Origin: Gammaproteobacteria bacterium
GTDB lineage: Bacteria; Pseudomonadota; Gammaproteobacteria; SZUA-229
Assembly (NCBI GenBank): GCA_026995045.1
Contig: JALWPK010000050.1
Location: forward strand, 11,805-75,804
Reading direction: 5' to 3'
DNA: 64,000 bases
The notes under the pieces are model-generated. The model did no database searches and was not told the origin of the DNA. It saw nothing but the letters and a program-made list of their open reading frames with translations. A program made the position numbers and the translations under genes. Positions 10,087-18,763 of this stretch are shown here, in pieces (position 1 is the stretch's first letter; the number at the start of each line of letters is the position of its first letter).

Positions 10087-10268
10087 GGTGTCTGCTCAAT
10101 TTGTAAACCATTGCAAGCGGATTGCTACCCGGGGCCATTTTCCTGTATCATTGCGCGCTAATATTTAAGCCTCGCTTGCATAATATGCAAGTGTATGATT
10201 ATTAACGGATTTAATGACTGCATCAGCTGCACGCAGTCGGCAAATTCACAAAAAACTGGAGAGACACC

Positions 10269-10577
10269 ATGAAACGTCAAGTTTTGACTGTATTGTCTGC
10301 AATCACTCTGGCCGCCGCCAGCCACGTTGCTGTTGCCGGCGACGCCGCCGCCGGTAAAGCCAAAGCCGCTACCTGCGCTGGTTGTCACGGCGCCAACGGC
10401 GTAAGCGCTGTTCCGACTTACCCGAACCTGGCGGGCCAGAAAGAAGCCTACCTCGTCAAGCAGCTGAAAGCCTTCAAGGACGGCAGCCGCAAGGATCCGA
10501 CCATGAACGCCATGGCCAAGCCGCTGAGCGATGCTGACATGGCTAACCTTGCTGCTTACTTCGCGGGTCTGAAATAA
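10269..10577 (+). CDS. periplasmic class I c-type cytochrome (c4/c5-like mono-heme)
   Basis: Contains a signal peptide, the heme-binding site CAGCHG and a downstream Met region (PTMNAMA). Length is 102 aa. Confidence 0.9.
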   Translation: MKRQVLTVLSAITLAAASHVAVAGDAAAGKAKAATCAGCHGANGVSAVPTYPNLAGQKEAYLVKQLKAFKDGSRKDPTMNAMAKPLSDADMANLAAYFAGLK

Positions 10578-10602
10578 GCCGGAAAGCATTCTTGCACGAG
10601 TT

Positions 10603-10641
10603 AAAAAGCCCTGTGGGTCATTCTGCCCGCGGGGCTTTTTT
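10603..10641 (+). terminator. rho-independent terminator after the cytochrome c gene
   Basis: An imperfect stem GCCCTGTGGG (10608-10617) / CCCGCGGGGC (10626-10635) is followed by TTTTTT (10636-10641). Confidence 0.6.
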
Positions 10642-11593
10642 GTGCCTGCTGGTTTTGTTCAGCCAGTGCAGCGCGGCGGATTTTTTTCTTACCCGCAACC
10701 AGAGCCCCTTCACTCTGTTTCAGGGACAACCGCTGCCCCTGCCGGCGCAGACGGCAACGCAGAGCTGGAACATACAGCTTTCGCTGGACGTGGCGAACAC
10801 GCTCAACGCGCCATCAACCGCCAGTCAGAGTCTGTATGTGGATTTTGAAAGCTATTACCTGAACGCCCGCATCACAAGGGCGCTGGCTCCCGGCTGGAGC
10901 GTGGCGCTGGACATCCCGCTGATTCATCGCGGCGGCGGCGTGTTCGACAACGCCATCGACAACTGGCACCGGGCATTTGGCCTGCCGCGCGCCGACCGTC
11001 CCAATGTCGCCAACGACCAGTTTGCGATTCGTTACACCAAGGATGGCAATACCGTCATCGACATCAACCAAACCACAACAGCTGCGGGCGATATCGCGCT
11101 GAATCTGGGCGTTCAGTTACAGGCTGACAGGCAACTGCAACTTGCCCTGTGGCTGGGCGCGGAGCTGCCCACCGGCGACAGCAACACCTTGTCCGGCAAT
11201 GATCAGACCGATTTCAGCCTGACACTGGCGGTCGACATGCAGCCAGCCGAGGCTTGGCAATTTGACCTTAATCTGGGCCTGGTCAAGCCCGGCGGCAATT
11301 TGCTGGATGCTAACCCAACGCCGAATACGGTGCTCTACAGTTATCTGGCGGCAAGCTGGCGCGCGCTGGACTGGCTGCAACTCGGCGCGCAACTGGACGC
11401 GCATCAGTCGTACTACCGCGACCGCTCACTGGCGCTGATGGATCACGCCACCGTGCTGGTGTTCGGCGGCGCGATTGTTTTCAGTTCGTGCAGCAAGCTG
11501 CATATCGGCGTCAGCGAGGATATTGATGTGGGCGCTTCGCCCGACATCAGTCTGCTAATCAGCTGGCGGCAGCAAAGCTGCGACGCCCATTGA
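10640..11593 (+). CDS. putative outer-membrane beta-barrel protein (DUF3187-like, from memory)
   Basis: The first 16 codons of ORF 10592..11593 overlap the upstream terminator, so a TTG at 10640 is suggested as start (LCLLVLFSQCSAADF, signal-like). The rest has an alternating beta-strand pattern. The start position is uncertain. Confidence 0.55.
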   Translation: MCLLVLFSQCSAADFFLTRNQSPFTLFQGQPLPLPAQTATQSWNIQLSLDVANTLNAPSTASQSLYVDFESYYLNARITRALAPGWSVALDIPLIHRGGGVFDNAIDNWHRAFGLPRADRPNVANDQFAIRYTKDGNTVIDINQTTTAAGDIALNLGVQLQADRQLQLALWLGAELPTGDSNTLSGNDQTDFSLTLAVDMQPAEAWQFDLNLGLVKPGGNLLDANPTPNTVLYSYLAASWRALDWLQLGAQLDAHQSYYRDRSLALMDHATVLVFGGAIVFSSCSKLHIGVSEDIDVGASPDISLLISWRQQSCDAH

Positions 11594-11605
11594 TAGCGCG
11601 ATAAC

Positions 11606-12511
11606 TTACAGCGCCTGCTGCACGCTGCCGACGGAGAGCACCACCGGGCGCTGCCAGTTAATACTGTACGGCAGGTTTTGCGCCGCGTTCAGCGCGACGC
11701 GGTCTGACTCAAACCGACCATACAGCATAACGTGCTGGCCGCGGCTGTTGGTGTAGTAGGCGACTGGTTGTTTCAGGTAGTCGCCATAACGTTGCGCAAT
11801 TTCAAACAACTGTTTCTTGTCGCTGACCGTCGCCACCTGAATGGTGTACTGGCTCGCTGGCAGTTTTGCAATCCAGCTGGCGTTGTGCAGTATGTTATCG
11901 CCGCCGAAATCCTCGCCCATCGATGCGGCGCTGAGGCGACCGTCCAGGCTTTGCGCCTGCTCGTCCAGTTGCTCAACCTTGATGTTGACGCTGACCAGTT
12001 TGTTATTCAGCCCTTCAACTTCATCGGTCAGTTTTTCATTCAGCGCCTGCAGCTCCTGTTTTACCTGCTGGCTGAAATCCCCCAGGGTGGCGTCAACTGC
12101 GCCAATCTGTGACTTGAAGCTTTGCGACTGCGCCACCACATCGCCGGACAAGGCCTGATTGGCGTTGTGCTGATACAGCATGAACCCAGCAAGCGCCAGC
12201 GCCAGCAACAGCAGCGCCGCACCGGTCATTCTGAAATGCCGGCGCTCGACGCCGCCCAGATCGAACAGGTTTTGCGCCACTTGCGTGATATTTTTTTGCA
12301 TCGCGGCAATCAGCGAAGTGTGATGATCGCTCTCGCGTTGCAGCGCTTCAGTATGTTGTTGCAACTGGCGCACAGCCTGCGTCAACTCATCGCTTGTTTC
12401 ATCCAGCGCGCTGATGGACGATTGCATATCGTCGGCTCGCTGTGACAAAGCATCCGTGGTTTGCTCCAGTTGCTGCGCGCGCTTGTCCAACGCCTCATCC
12501 ACTTTTTGCAA
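11606..12511 (-). CDS. SPOR-domain protein segment (coiled coil, TM, C-terminal SPOR); probably the 3' part of an interrupted gene
   Basis: Contains the TM segment FRMTGAALLLLALALAGFMLY. The C-terminus YTIQVATVSDKKQLFEIAQRYGDYLKQPVAYYTNSRGQHVMLYGRFESDRVALNAAQNL fits the SPOR pattern. The annotated start is a TTG without a clear RBS, and the ORF is in frame with ORF 12545..13183. Confidence 0.7.
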   Translation of the reverse strand: MQKVDEALDKRAQQLEQTTDALSQRADDMQSSISALDETSDELTQAVRQLQQHTEALQRESDHHTSLIAAMQKNITQVAQNLFDLGGVERRHFRMTGAALLLLALALAGFMLYQHNANQALSGDVVAQSQSFKSQIGAVDATLGDFSQQVKQELQALNEKLTDEVEGLNNKLVSVNIKVEQLDEQAQSLDGRLSAASMGEDFGGDNILHNASWIAKLPASQYTIQVATVSDKKQLFEIAQRYGDYLKQPVAYYTNSRGQHVMLYGRFESDRVALNAAQNLPYSINWQRPVVLSVGSVQQAL

Positions 12512-12544
12512 CTTGATGATGCGCGCCTTGCTGGTTTCGATTTC

Positions 12545-13183
12545 TTAATTTGCCGCATCGATGTTTTTGGCGAGAATCTCGTCCTGATGCTGCGAGGTAT
12601 TGGCCAGTGAGTCGATTTCGGCAATCAGTTTCTGCTCCGCCAGCAGAATATTTTCCTGCACATCGCGAATGCTGAGTTGCAGTTTGGCGCTGGTGGCGTG
12701 GGAATCCTCCACCAGCTTGTCTACACGCTGCGCCAGCGCCTCCTGCTGCCGGGTGAAGTGGCTGTTGTGCGCCTCGGCGGTGGCTTCCAGCTTTTCCAGC
12801 TCGGCGCTGGACTGGCTGGCCACCCGGGAAATATCGCCGGTCAGCTTTCTGATTTCCTGATCGATGTTGGCGGAGATTTCGGTCAGCGCCTTGTAGGTGT
12901 TGTCCAGTTCACCAAGCCGCTTGTAGGTGTCGGACACTTTTGCGGTGAGATCCATATCACTGTCGCTGAGGCGATCCAACCCCTGCTCGACGCTGGCGCG
13001 AATCGATTCCAGCTCGGCATTGAGCGCGCCCAGACTGCCATCGAGCATGTCGATTTTGTTGTTGATGTCCTGCGCGCGGCCCACCGCCGGGCTTTCGGCA
13101 TCGAGCTGAATCAAACGGCTGTCGGATGAATCGAGCGGGTTCTGGGCATCCTCTGAAGAATGCGTGGTTTCTGAATTAGTCAT
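12545..13183 (-). CDS. coiled-coil protein; probably the 5' part of the interrupted SPOR-domain gene
   Basis: 212 aa, heptad-rich and acidic. It ends at a TAA (12545-12547) in the same frame as the downstream SPOR ORF, and the coiled coil continues across the stop. Confidence 0.65.
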   Translation of the reverse strand: MTNSETTHSSEDAQNPLDSSDSRLIQLDAESPAVGRAQDINNKIDMLDGSLGALNAELESIRASVEQGLDRLSDSDMDLTAKVSDTYKRLGELDNTYKALTEISANIDQEIRKLTGDISRVASQSSAELEKLEATAEAHNSHFTRQQEALAQRVDKLVEDSHATSAKLQLSIRDVQENILLAEQKLIAEIDSLANTSQHQDEILAKNIDAAN

Positions 13184-13372
13184 GGTTGAATCCGTTAGCT
13201 GTTGAAATGATGAAAAAAGCGCAGCACTCTGATAGTGACGCGTATATTAGCCTTTGCTAATACTGAAGTCTATATCTATTTAGCTACAGGCAATGATTCA
13301 CATCAAAAGCGATGACAATGGGCGGCGGCGACACTACACTTGCGGCATACGCTTTTGATTCGGGCCGACGCC

Positions 13373-14059
13373 ATGCAAAGGATTACCGTCATCAACCTCA
13401 AGGGAGGTTGCGGCAAAACCACGATTTCCAGCAATCTGGCCAGCGCCTATGCCTGCGCCGGCAAAAACACCACGCTGATTGATTACGACCCGCAGGGCTC
13501 CAGCATGTTCTGGCTCAATCACCGGCCGGAGAAAGCACCCAAAATCAACGGCATCGCCGCCTACCCCAGCAACCGTGCGGTGACGCGCAGTTTTCAGTTG
13601 CGCCTGCCGCAGGATGTGGAGCGCGTCATCGTCGATACCCCCGCCGGCCTCAAGGAGCTCGACCTGATTGACCAGCTCAAGGGCACGCACAGCATTGTGA
13701 TTCCGGTGCTGCCCTCGTCCATCGACACCCACGCCACCGCCGATTTCATTCGTGATTTGTATCTGATTGCCAAGGTGCAACCCAAACGCACGCGGCTGTG
13801 CATCATCTGTAACCGGGTGAAAGCCAACACGCTGGCATTGCGCTCGCTGGAGCGTTTTCTTGCGGCGATGGACATCCCGGTGATTGCCCGGCTGCGCGAA
13901 ACCCAGAACTATGTCAAAGCCTCCGAGCAGGGTCTGGGCATCCACGAACTGGGCTCGGCCGCCAGAGATAAAGACCGCTCCGACTGGCGGCAGATTATCG
14001 AGTGGCTGGATGACCAGGAACAGCAACGGCGCTTGCATGTGGTTGCGGATAACAGCTAA
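13373..14059 (+). CDS. ParA/MinD-family P-loop ATPase (small ParF-like type)
   Basis: ORF trimmed to the ATG at 13373 (MQRITVINLKGGCGKTTISSNLA, a deviant Walker A). It also has DYDPQGS and VIVDTPAG (Walker B-like) motifs. Confidence 0.85.
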   Translation: MQRITVINLKGGCGKTTISSNLASAYACAGKNTTLIDYDPQGSSMFWLNHRPEKAPKINGIAAYPSNRAVTRSFQLRLPQDVERVIVDTPAGLKELDLIDQLKGTHSIVIPVLPSSIDTHATADFIRDLYLIAKVQPKRTRLCIICNRVKANTLALRSLERFLAAMDIPVIARLRETQNYVKASEQGLGIHELGSAARDKDRSDWRQIIEWLDDQEQQRRLHVVADNS

Positions 14060-14091
14060 GACACACACCAATCATACTGTTATGGCATCAA

Positions 14092-14424
14092 ATGAATAAG
14101 GGAAGTAGTCATATTATCTTGCAATCAACCGCTGTGGCGCTAGTAGTAGCACTTATACTACCTGCTGCGTGGGTTGCATTCTTATCTGAGGTAAGGCAAT
14201 CACCAGTAATCACAGCGACAGAACGTGACGCCATGACACCTAAGGAACGAGAGATATGGTTTGAGAAAACCGCTAAACCTGCGTCGGTTTGGTATCGTAT
14301 TAAAACCACCCCTTCGTACATCATTAATCATTGGGTTGGTTTTTTACAGGCTGCTGTAGCTGTATTCATCGCAGTATTTTTACTTAATTACTTTGTTTTA
14401 ATATTTCTACATGCAAAACCATAA
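14092..14424 (+). CDS. hypothetical small 2-TM membrane protein
   Basis: 110-aa ORF, AT-richer than its neighbours, with two hydrophobic helices. No recognisable motif. Confidence 0.4.
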   Translation: MNKGSSHIILQSTAVALVVALILPAAWVAFLSEVRQSPVITATERDAMTPKEREIWFEKTAKPASVWYRIKTTPSYIINHWVGFLQAAVAVFIAVFLLNYFVLIFLHAKP

Positions 14425-14555
14425 CAACTAAATCAGGTTCGCCCGCAATCAGCACCGCACCCATTATTTCAGGCGTTACCCAATCTGCATCAATTATCTG
14501 CATGGACAGAACTGCATGGATTAGTTATATTAGTATTTTCTAATATATCTGGTCC

Positions 14556-15257
14556 ATGACGACTGAACTGACACTTGCCGCCGCTTTCATGATTGGCCTG
14601 CTAGGCTCCACCCACTGCATTGGCATGTGCGGCGGCATTGTCGGCGCGCTCACCCTGGGGCTGCCGGAATCCACCCGGCGCGCAACATGGCGCATGCTGC
14701 CCTATTTGCTGGCCTATAACAGTGGCCGTCTGCTCAGCTACGCCGTCGCCGGACTGATCGTCGGCCTGCTAAGCCACTCCGCCGGGCAGGTTTTTCAGAT
14801 GCGCTATCCGATCGGCGGCATTGTCGGCGGCGTGTTCATGCTGGCGCTGGGTATTTATATCGGTGGCTGGTATCCCGCCCTGGCCGGTCTCGAACGGCTC
14901 GGCGGCAAACTGTGGCGGCGCATCGAACCTTTCGGCAGAAAACTGACGCCTGTCACCTCGCTGCCGCAGGCGCTGGGGCTGGGCGCATTGTGGGGCTGGC
15001 TGCCCTGCGGCCTGGTTTACAGTACGCTGGCGTGGTCCGCTGCCGCCGCCAGCGCCACGCAAAGCGCCTTGCTGATGCTGGCGTTTGGCCTCGGCACCCT
15101 GCCGATGCTGCTGACCATGGGCGGCGCGGCGCAGCGCCTGCAGGCTTTCACCCGCAACCAGTGGACGCGTTATATCGCCGGCGCGCTGCTCATCGCCTTT
15201 GGCGTGATGATATTGATTAAAGCTGGCAGTGGCGGGCATGTGCATTTGCATCATTAA
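14556..15257 (+). CDS. DsbD_2 / TauE-SafE-like membrane protein with HCxGMCGG motif
   Basis: 233 aa and about 6 TM segments. It has LLGSTHCIGMCGGIVGA near the N-terminus and WGWLPCGLVYS later. This family is often annotated as sulfite exporter TauE/SafE-like. Confidence 0.7.
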   Translation: MTTELTLAAAFMIGLLGSTHCIGMCGGIVGALTLGLPESTRRATWRMLPYLLAYNSGRLLSYAVAGLIVGLLSHSAGQVFQMRYPIGGIVGGVFMLALGIYIGGWYPALAGLERLGGKLWRRIEPFGRKLTPVTSLPQALGLGALWGWLPCGLVYSTLAWSAAAASATQSALLMLAFGLGTLPMLLTMGGAAQRLQAFTRNQWTRYIAGALLIAFGVMILIKAGSGGHVHLHH

Positions 15258-15344
15258 GACGATACCACCGGCTTTCAGCTACAGGCAGCCCATCGATAGG
15301 CAATTGCCTGCCTGGTGTGCAGCAACAGGGAAGGAAATGTCACA

Positions 15345-15737
15345 CTAGCCATCATCCAGAAAGTCAGAAATGCGCTTTTCAAGCCACGCCATGTCCCGCG
15401 TTTCGCATTCCCAGATAGTCAGAGCAGACCAGCCGAGTAATCGAAGTTTCTTCAGGTTGGCCGCATCCCGCTCGACATTGCCCCTGATTTTTTTCAGCCA
15501 GTATTCGCGGTTGGTTTTCGGGATGCGGTTGCCTCTTTTGCATTGATGCCCGTGCCAGAAGCAACCATTCACGAAGATGACCTTCTTTTTGCTGGCAAAT
15601 ACCAGGTCAGGCTTGCCGGGAAGATCTTTTTTATGCAGGCGGTAGCGATATCCCAGCGCGTGCGTCAATCGTCTGACCGTCATCTCCGGCGTGGTGTCGA
15701 CTGACCTGACCCGGCGCATGACATCGGAACGCTTCAT
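15345..15737 (-). CDS. vsr: very-short-patch repair endonuclease
   Basis: 130 aa with MRRVRSVDTTPE and FVNGCFWHGH motifs. It lies 13 bp downstream of the C5-methyltransferase gene. Confidence 0.9.
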   Translation of the reverse strand: MKRSDVMRRVRSVDTTPEMTVRRLTHALGYRYRLHKKDLPGKPDLVFASKKKVIFVNGCFWHGHQCKRGNRIPKTNREYWLKKIRGNVERDAANLKKLRLLGWSALTIWECETRDMAWLEKRISDFLDDG

Positions 15738-15750
15738 GCTGGCGCCGGCG

Positions 15751-16896
15751 CTACGCCACCCTGAGACGCGCGCCTCGATTATGCAGCAGCAGCGGCGTCA
15801 CCAGATTGTCGGCGATAAAACTGACAACCGGCACCACCACCCCGTCGCCCGCCAGATGATAGGCCGCGTTGTAATTGTGAGGCAGCCTGTAATCATCAGG
15901 CAGGCCCATCAGACGCGCAGCCTCACGCGGCGACAAAAGGCGCGAACGTATGCTTTCGCCTTCAACAAGCAGCAACAGCTGACGGCTCGAACCTCCGGTG
16001 GGGGTGCGCAAACAACCAGACACATTGTCAAAACGCACTTCCGCTCGTTGCTCGCCATTCCGGGTGCGGCGATAAACGCCGCCAACCATCCGCGCGCCTG
16101 TCGCCTGCGCGGCTTTCACTTTTTCGAGATGGATATCCGACATCATGTCCAGCAGCTTGCGGGTGTCGATGTCGCTGTTCCAGCTGACGCCGACCGGCTC
16201 GTCTTCGATGATGTCGATAAAATCCTGCGTTCTCGGGGGCGGCGCCGGAAGCTTCCACCAAATCCAGTTTTTTGCGACCTTATCGGAAAAGCGCCGGGCC
16301 GCTTTCTGAATCGCTTCCGGACGCCACATCGAATCCCGGTCACTCTCCAGCAGCGCATCGGGTAACGACAAATCCGCGCGCGCGGCGATAACAAACAGGC
16401 GCGTTCGGCTTTGTGGCACAAAATGCGCTGCGTCAATCACCACAGCGCCGACCCGGTAACCGATGTCCACCATCGCCGCGCACAGGTCTGCGAAATCGTT
16501 TCCGCCGCGACTGGTCAGCGCGCCATAAACATTTTCCAGCAAAATCATTTTCGGGCTGCGCTTTTCATGCTTCAGGCCGCGCATCAACTCCCAAAATGGC
16601 CAGAATGAACCACTGCGCTCGGACTGCAAGCCAGCGCCATTGCCCGCCAGTGAAAGATCCTGACAGGGAAACGAGGCCCAGGCGAGGTCGGCTTCCCCCG
16701 GCAATTCGGCAAGCCCCACCTGCCTGACATCATTCACTGTCAGATGTTCATCGCCCCAGTTTTGCTTGTAGGCGTCCGCCTTTCTGGCGTCGAAATCGTT
16801 GGCGAACACGCATCGCCAGGCGTCACCCAGACCGGCGCGCGCCATGCCGCCGCCGGCGAAAAATTCGTAAAACGTGAAACCTGGATGTTGTTTCAT
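15751..16896 (-). CDS. dcm: DNA (cytosine-5)-methyltransferase
   Basis: ORF trimmed to the ATG at 16896 (MKQHPGFTFYEFFAGGGMARAG, motif I). It also has ASFPCQDLSLAG (motif IV), LLENVYG (motif VI) and VPQSRTRLF (motif VIII). Confidence 0.9.
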   Translation of the reverse strand: MKQHPGFTFYEFFAGGGMARAGLGDAWRCVFANDFDARKADAYKQNWGDEHLTVNDVRQVGLAELPGEADLAWASFPCQDLSLAGNGAGLQSERSGSFWPFWELMRGLKHEKRSPKMILLENVYGALTSRGGNDFADLCAAMVDIGYRVGAVVIDAAHFVPQSRTRLFVIAARADLSLPDALLESDRDSMWRPEAIQKAARRFSDKVAKNWIWWKLPAPPPRTQDFIDIIEDEPVGVSWNSDIDTRKLLDMMSDIHLEKVKAAQATGARMVGGVYRRTRNGEQRAEVRFDNVSGCLRTPTGGSSRQLLLLVEGESIRSRLLSPREAARLMGLPDDYRLPHNYNAAYHLAGDGVVVPVVSFIADNLVTPLLLHNRGARLRVA

Positions 16897-16989
16897 TGAT
16901 TTCTCTGAAGAGCCTCCGTGAATACCAGCGCGCCCCCTGATAATAGCGCCCCTTATTGAGGGCAACCCAATCAAACCATAAATGCTTTC

Positions 16990-17400
16990 CTAATGCACTT
17001 CAATTGTAAGCACAATATCTTTGTCTATAACCGTAAATTTTGATTCTTCATATGAAGGTTTAAAATTAGTATATTCACCACTGTTTCCATATGGCTCAAC
17101 TGGTATCCCTAAAAAAGTATCCATCTGGTTATTACTATTTCTGTCATGAAGTACGGATACAGCATATTCGCCAGGTGAAATATTAGAAAACACGACTGAA
17201 ACACCATTGTTATCCGCTTTTATAGATTTTTGCATATTGGCGTCAGCCACCGGGAATTTCTCTTTCTTATCAGACGAGAATAACGCCACCCTTACCACCC
17301 CTTGATTACTCTTTATTCCTGTCACCGCTACGCTAACATCCGCCGCTTTAGCAACGCATGACAAAAATAATGACAGTATGAATATATTTATGCGATGCAC
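16990..17400 (-). CDS. DUF2141-like secreted protein
   Basis: A GTG start at 17400 is preceded by GGGAGG. It has a signal peptide plus VRVALFSS and HDRNSNNQMDTFLGIPVEPYGNS, which match my recollection of the DUF2141 pattern. The gene is AT-rich. Confidence 0.7.
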   Translation of the reverse strand: MHRINIFILSLFLSCVAKAADVSVAVTGIKSNQGVVRVALFSSDKKEKFPVADANMQKSIKADNNGVSVVFSNISPGEYAVSVLHDRNSNNQMDTFLGIPVEPYGNSGEYTNFKPSYEESKFTVIDKDIVLTIEVH

Positions 17401-17609
17401 GCTACCTCCCAACTCAACCGTAAACAGATAGCCTCGATTTCAGCAGTTTTTCGGCGTGTACTCTTTGTTTCTACCTGGTTTTGGATTTTGATAACCACTT
17501 ATCGATATTTTCTCTGAACAGAAAACATATATCGTTCAATGCTGGTCAACACCAAAATCGCAGCGGCTACGGGAGTGTTTTAGACGCCAACTGGAGCGGC
17601 GCTTATACA

Positions 17610-18266
17610 TTAATTGGCATTCAAAGTTACCACCAGACCAGAAGGATCATTAAACGTAAATACTGCAGACAAAACGTTACCGCTTGTGTCAATAATATAC
17701 GAATACTCCTCTGTGCCGTCAGGATTACCTAACGAGTCCAAGTAAGTAAACGTATATATTAATTTAGCTTGGCCATTTGTTAGCGCTTGGAGACGCCACG
17801 CCCCTGTTTCTGTTGAACCATCAGCACAGGTTAGGGAACTGGTATTACCGAAATCTCCCGGCTTGGCTGTATTTGGAATGGTTGCGCTTGTGCTTGATGT
17901 GCAAGTAAAACCAGTATCATCCTCCTTAAATAATACCGCCCTTGTTGAAGGATCGCCATATACACTGTCAGTAGCAGTTGCAAAGCCACTATTGCCTACA
18001 GCTATTGAGGCAACAAAATCAGTTCGCCTAACAGACTGAGACATAAATGTTGTCAAACCCCTGTCAACTAGCGAAACAGTTCCTGTATAGGTTAACCCTG
18101 CTGTATCACTGCCTGAAATTGTAAATGATTTATTTGTCCCGGCTTTAACAACATTCATATCGAATAGCGTGAATATCGTATTTGGGTCTGTTGCTGGCGC
18201 ATCACTTCCGCCACCACACGCCGACACAACTAACGTAAAAAATATAACTAATGGTATTTTGTACAT
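17610..18266 (-). CDS. hypothetical lipoprotein
   Basis: ORF trimmed to MYKIPLVIFFTLVVSACGG (lipobox VSAC). The mature part is Thr/Ser/Gly-rich and the gene is AT-rich. Confidence 0.6.
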   Translation of the reverse strand: MYKIPLVIFFTLVVSACGGGSDAPATDPNTIFTLFDMNVVKAGTNKSFTISGSDTAGLTYTGTVSLVDRGLTTFMSQSVRRTDFVASIAVGNSGFATATDSVYGDPSTRAVLFKEDDTGFTCTSSTSATIPNTAKPGDFGNTSSLTCADGSTETGAWRLQALTNGQAKLIYTFTYLDSLGNPDGTEEYSYIIDTSGNVLSAVFTFNDPSGLVVTLNAN

Positions 18267-18430
18267 TTTGCACCCCTTCATTATCTGTATTATCTAACAT
18301 CCACCACTGACACGCATCAATACGCACCAACACAATAAAATCCTGGTATTGATTAGCAAGCCATTGTATGGCTTCACATTACCCAATTCCCAGCTCATTA
18401 TCAACCAGCGCGCCACTGTCGATATTAATC

Positions 18431-18511
18431 TTAAGGTCACTCTGATTTATTCAAGGCTTCTGCAGCACATCGATGCACCGCCATTTCCAGCAACTGACAA
18501 AATATTGAAAA
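18431..18511 (+). repeat. non-coding repeat, copy A (degenerate) of the structured element also at 63395-63475
   Basis: By hand alignment, about 64 of 81 ungapped positions match 63395-63475. It shares the core ACTCTGATTTATTCA, TTCTGC, CCGCCATTT, CAGCAACT and TTGAAAA. Weaker similarity continues to about 18550 (TGCTCTGA). Confidence 0.55.
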
Positions 18512-18763
18512 AAGAAATTTACAGTTGGTATTGCTCTGACTTTCAAATGAGCGCACTATTTTGCAGGCGTGTCGCCATCGCATGGACTATATATCATTTC
18601 ACAAACATCCCAACGGCACCATCGCCTTGTCACCCATGATGATCTGTTAGCCATACCAGCATGAACAGGGCCTGGTTAATTACTATCATCTGAAAACCAC
18701 TGCTTACCCCTCCCGTCCATCATTTACGTTAAACTGACGCTTTGCGCCTGTTAATGATGACCC

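Noticed and set aside
10175-10191. The perfect palindrome CTTGCATAATATGCAAG upstream of the cytochrome c gene, considered as an FNR/CRP-type site.
   Set aside because: The half-site spacing (TTGCA-N5-TGCAA) does not fit the TTGAT-N4-ATCAA consensus. It may still be an operator, but I cannot assign it.
12382-12624. The 80-aa minus-strand ORF bridging the gap between the two coiled-coil ORFs.
   Set aside because: It is in a different frame from both flanking ORFs and has a basic, low-complexity translation. The in-frame stop explanation accounts for the locus better.
18349-18639. The 96-aa plus-strand ORF in the long spacer.
   Set aside because: It starts with TTG, has no RBS, and overlaps repeat copy A. 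Its composition is typical of AT-rich non-coding DNA.
15258-18763. A restriction endonuclease partner for the C5-methyltransferase.
   Set aside because: The neighbouring ORFs are a TauE/DsbD_2-like membrane protein, Vsr, a DUF2141-like exported protein and a lipoprotein. None has nuclease motifs (PD-(D/E)xK, HNH or GIY-YIG) that I could see.
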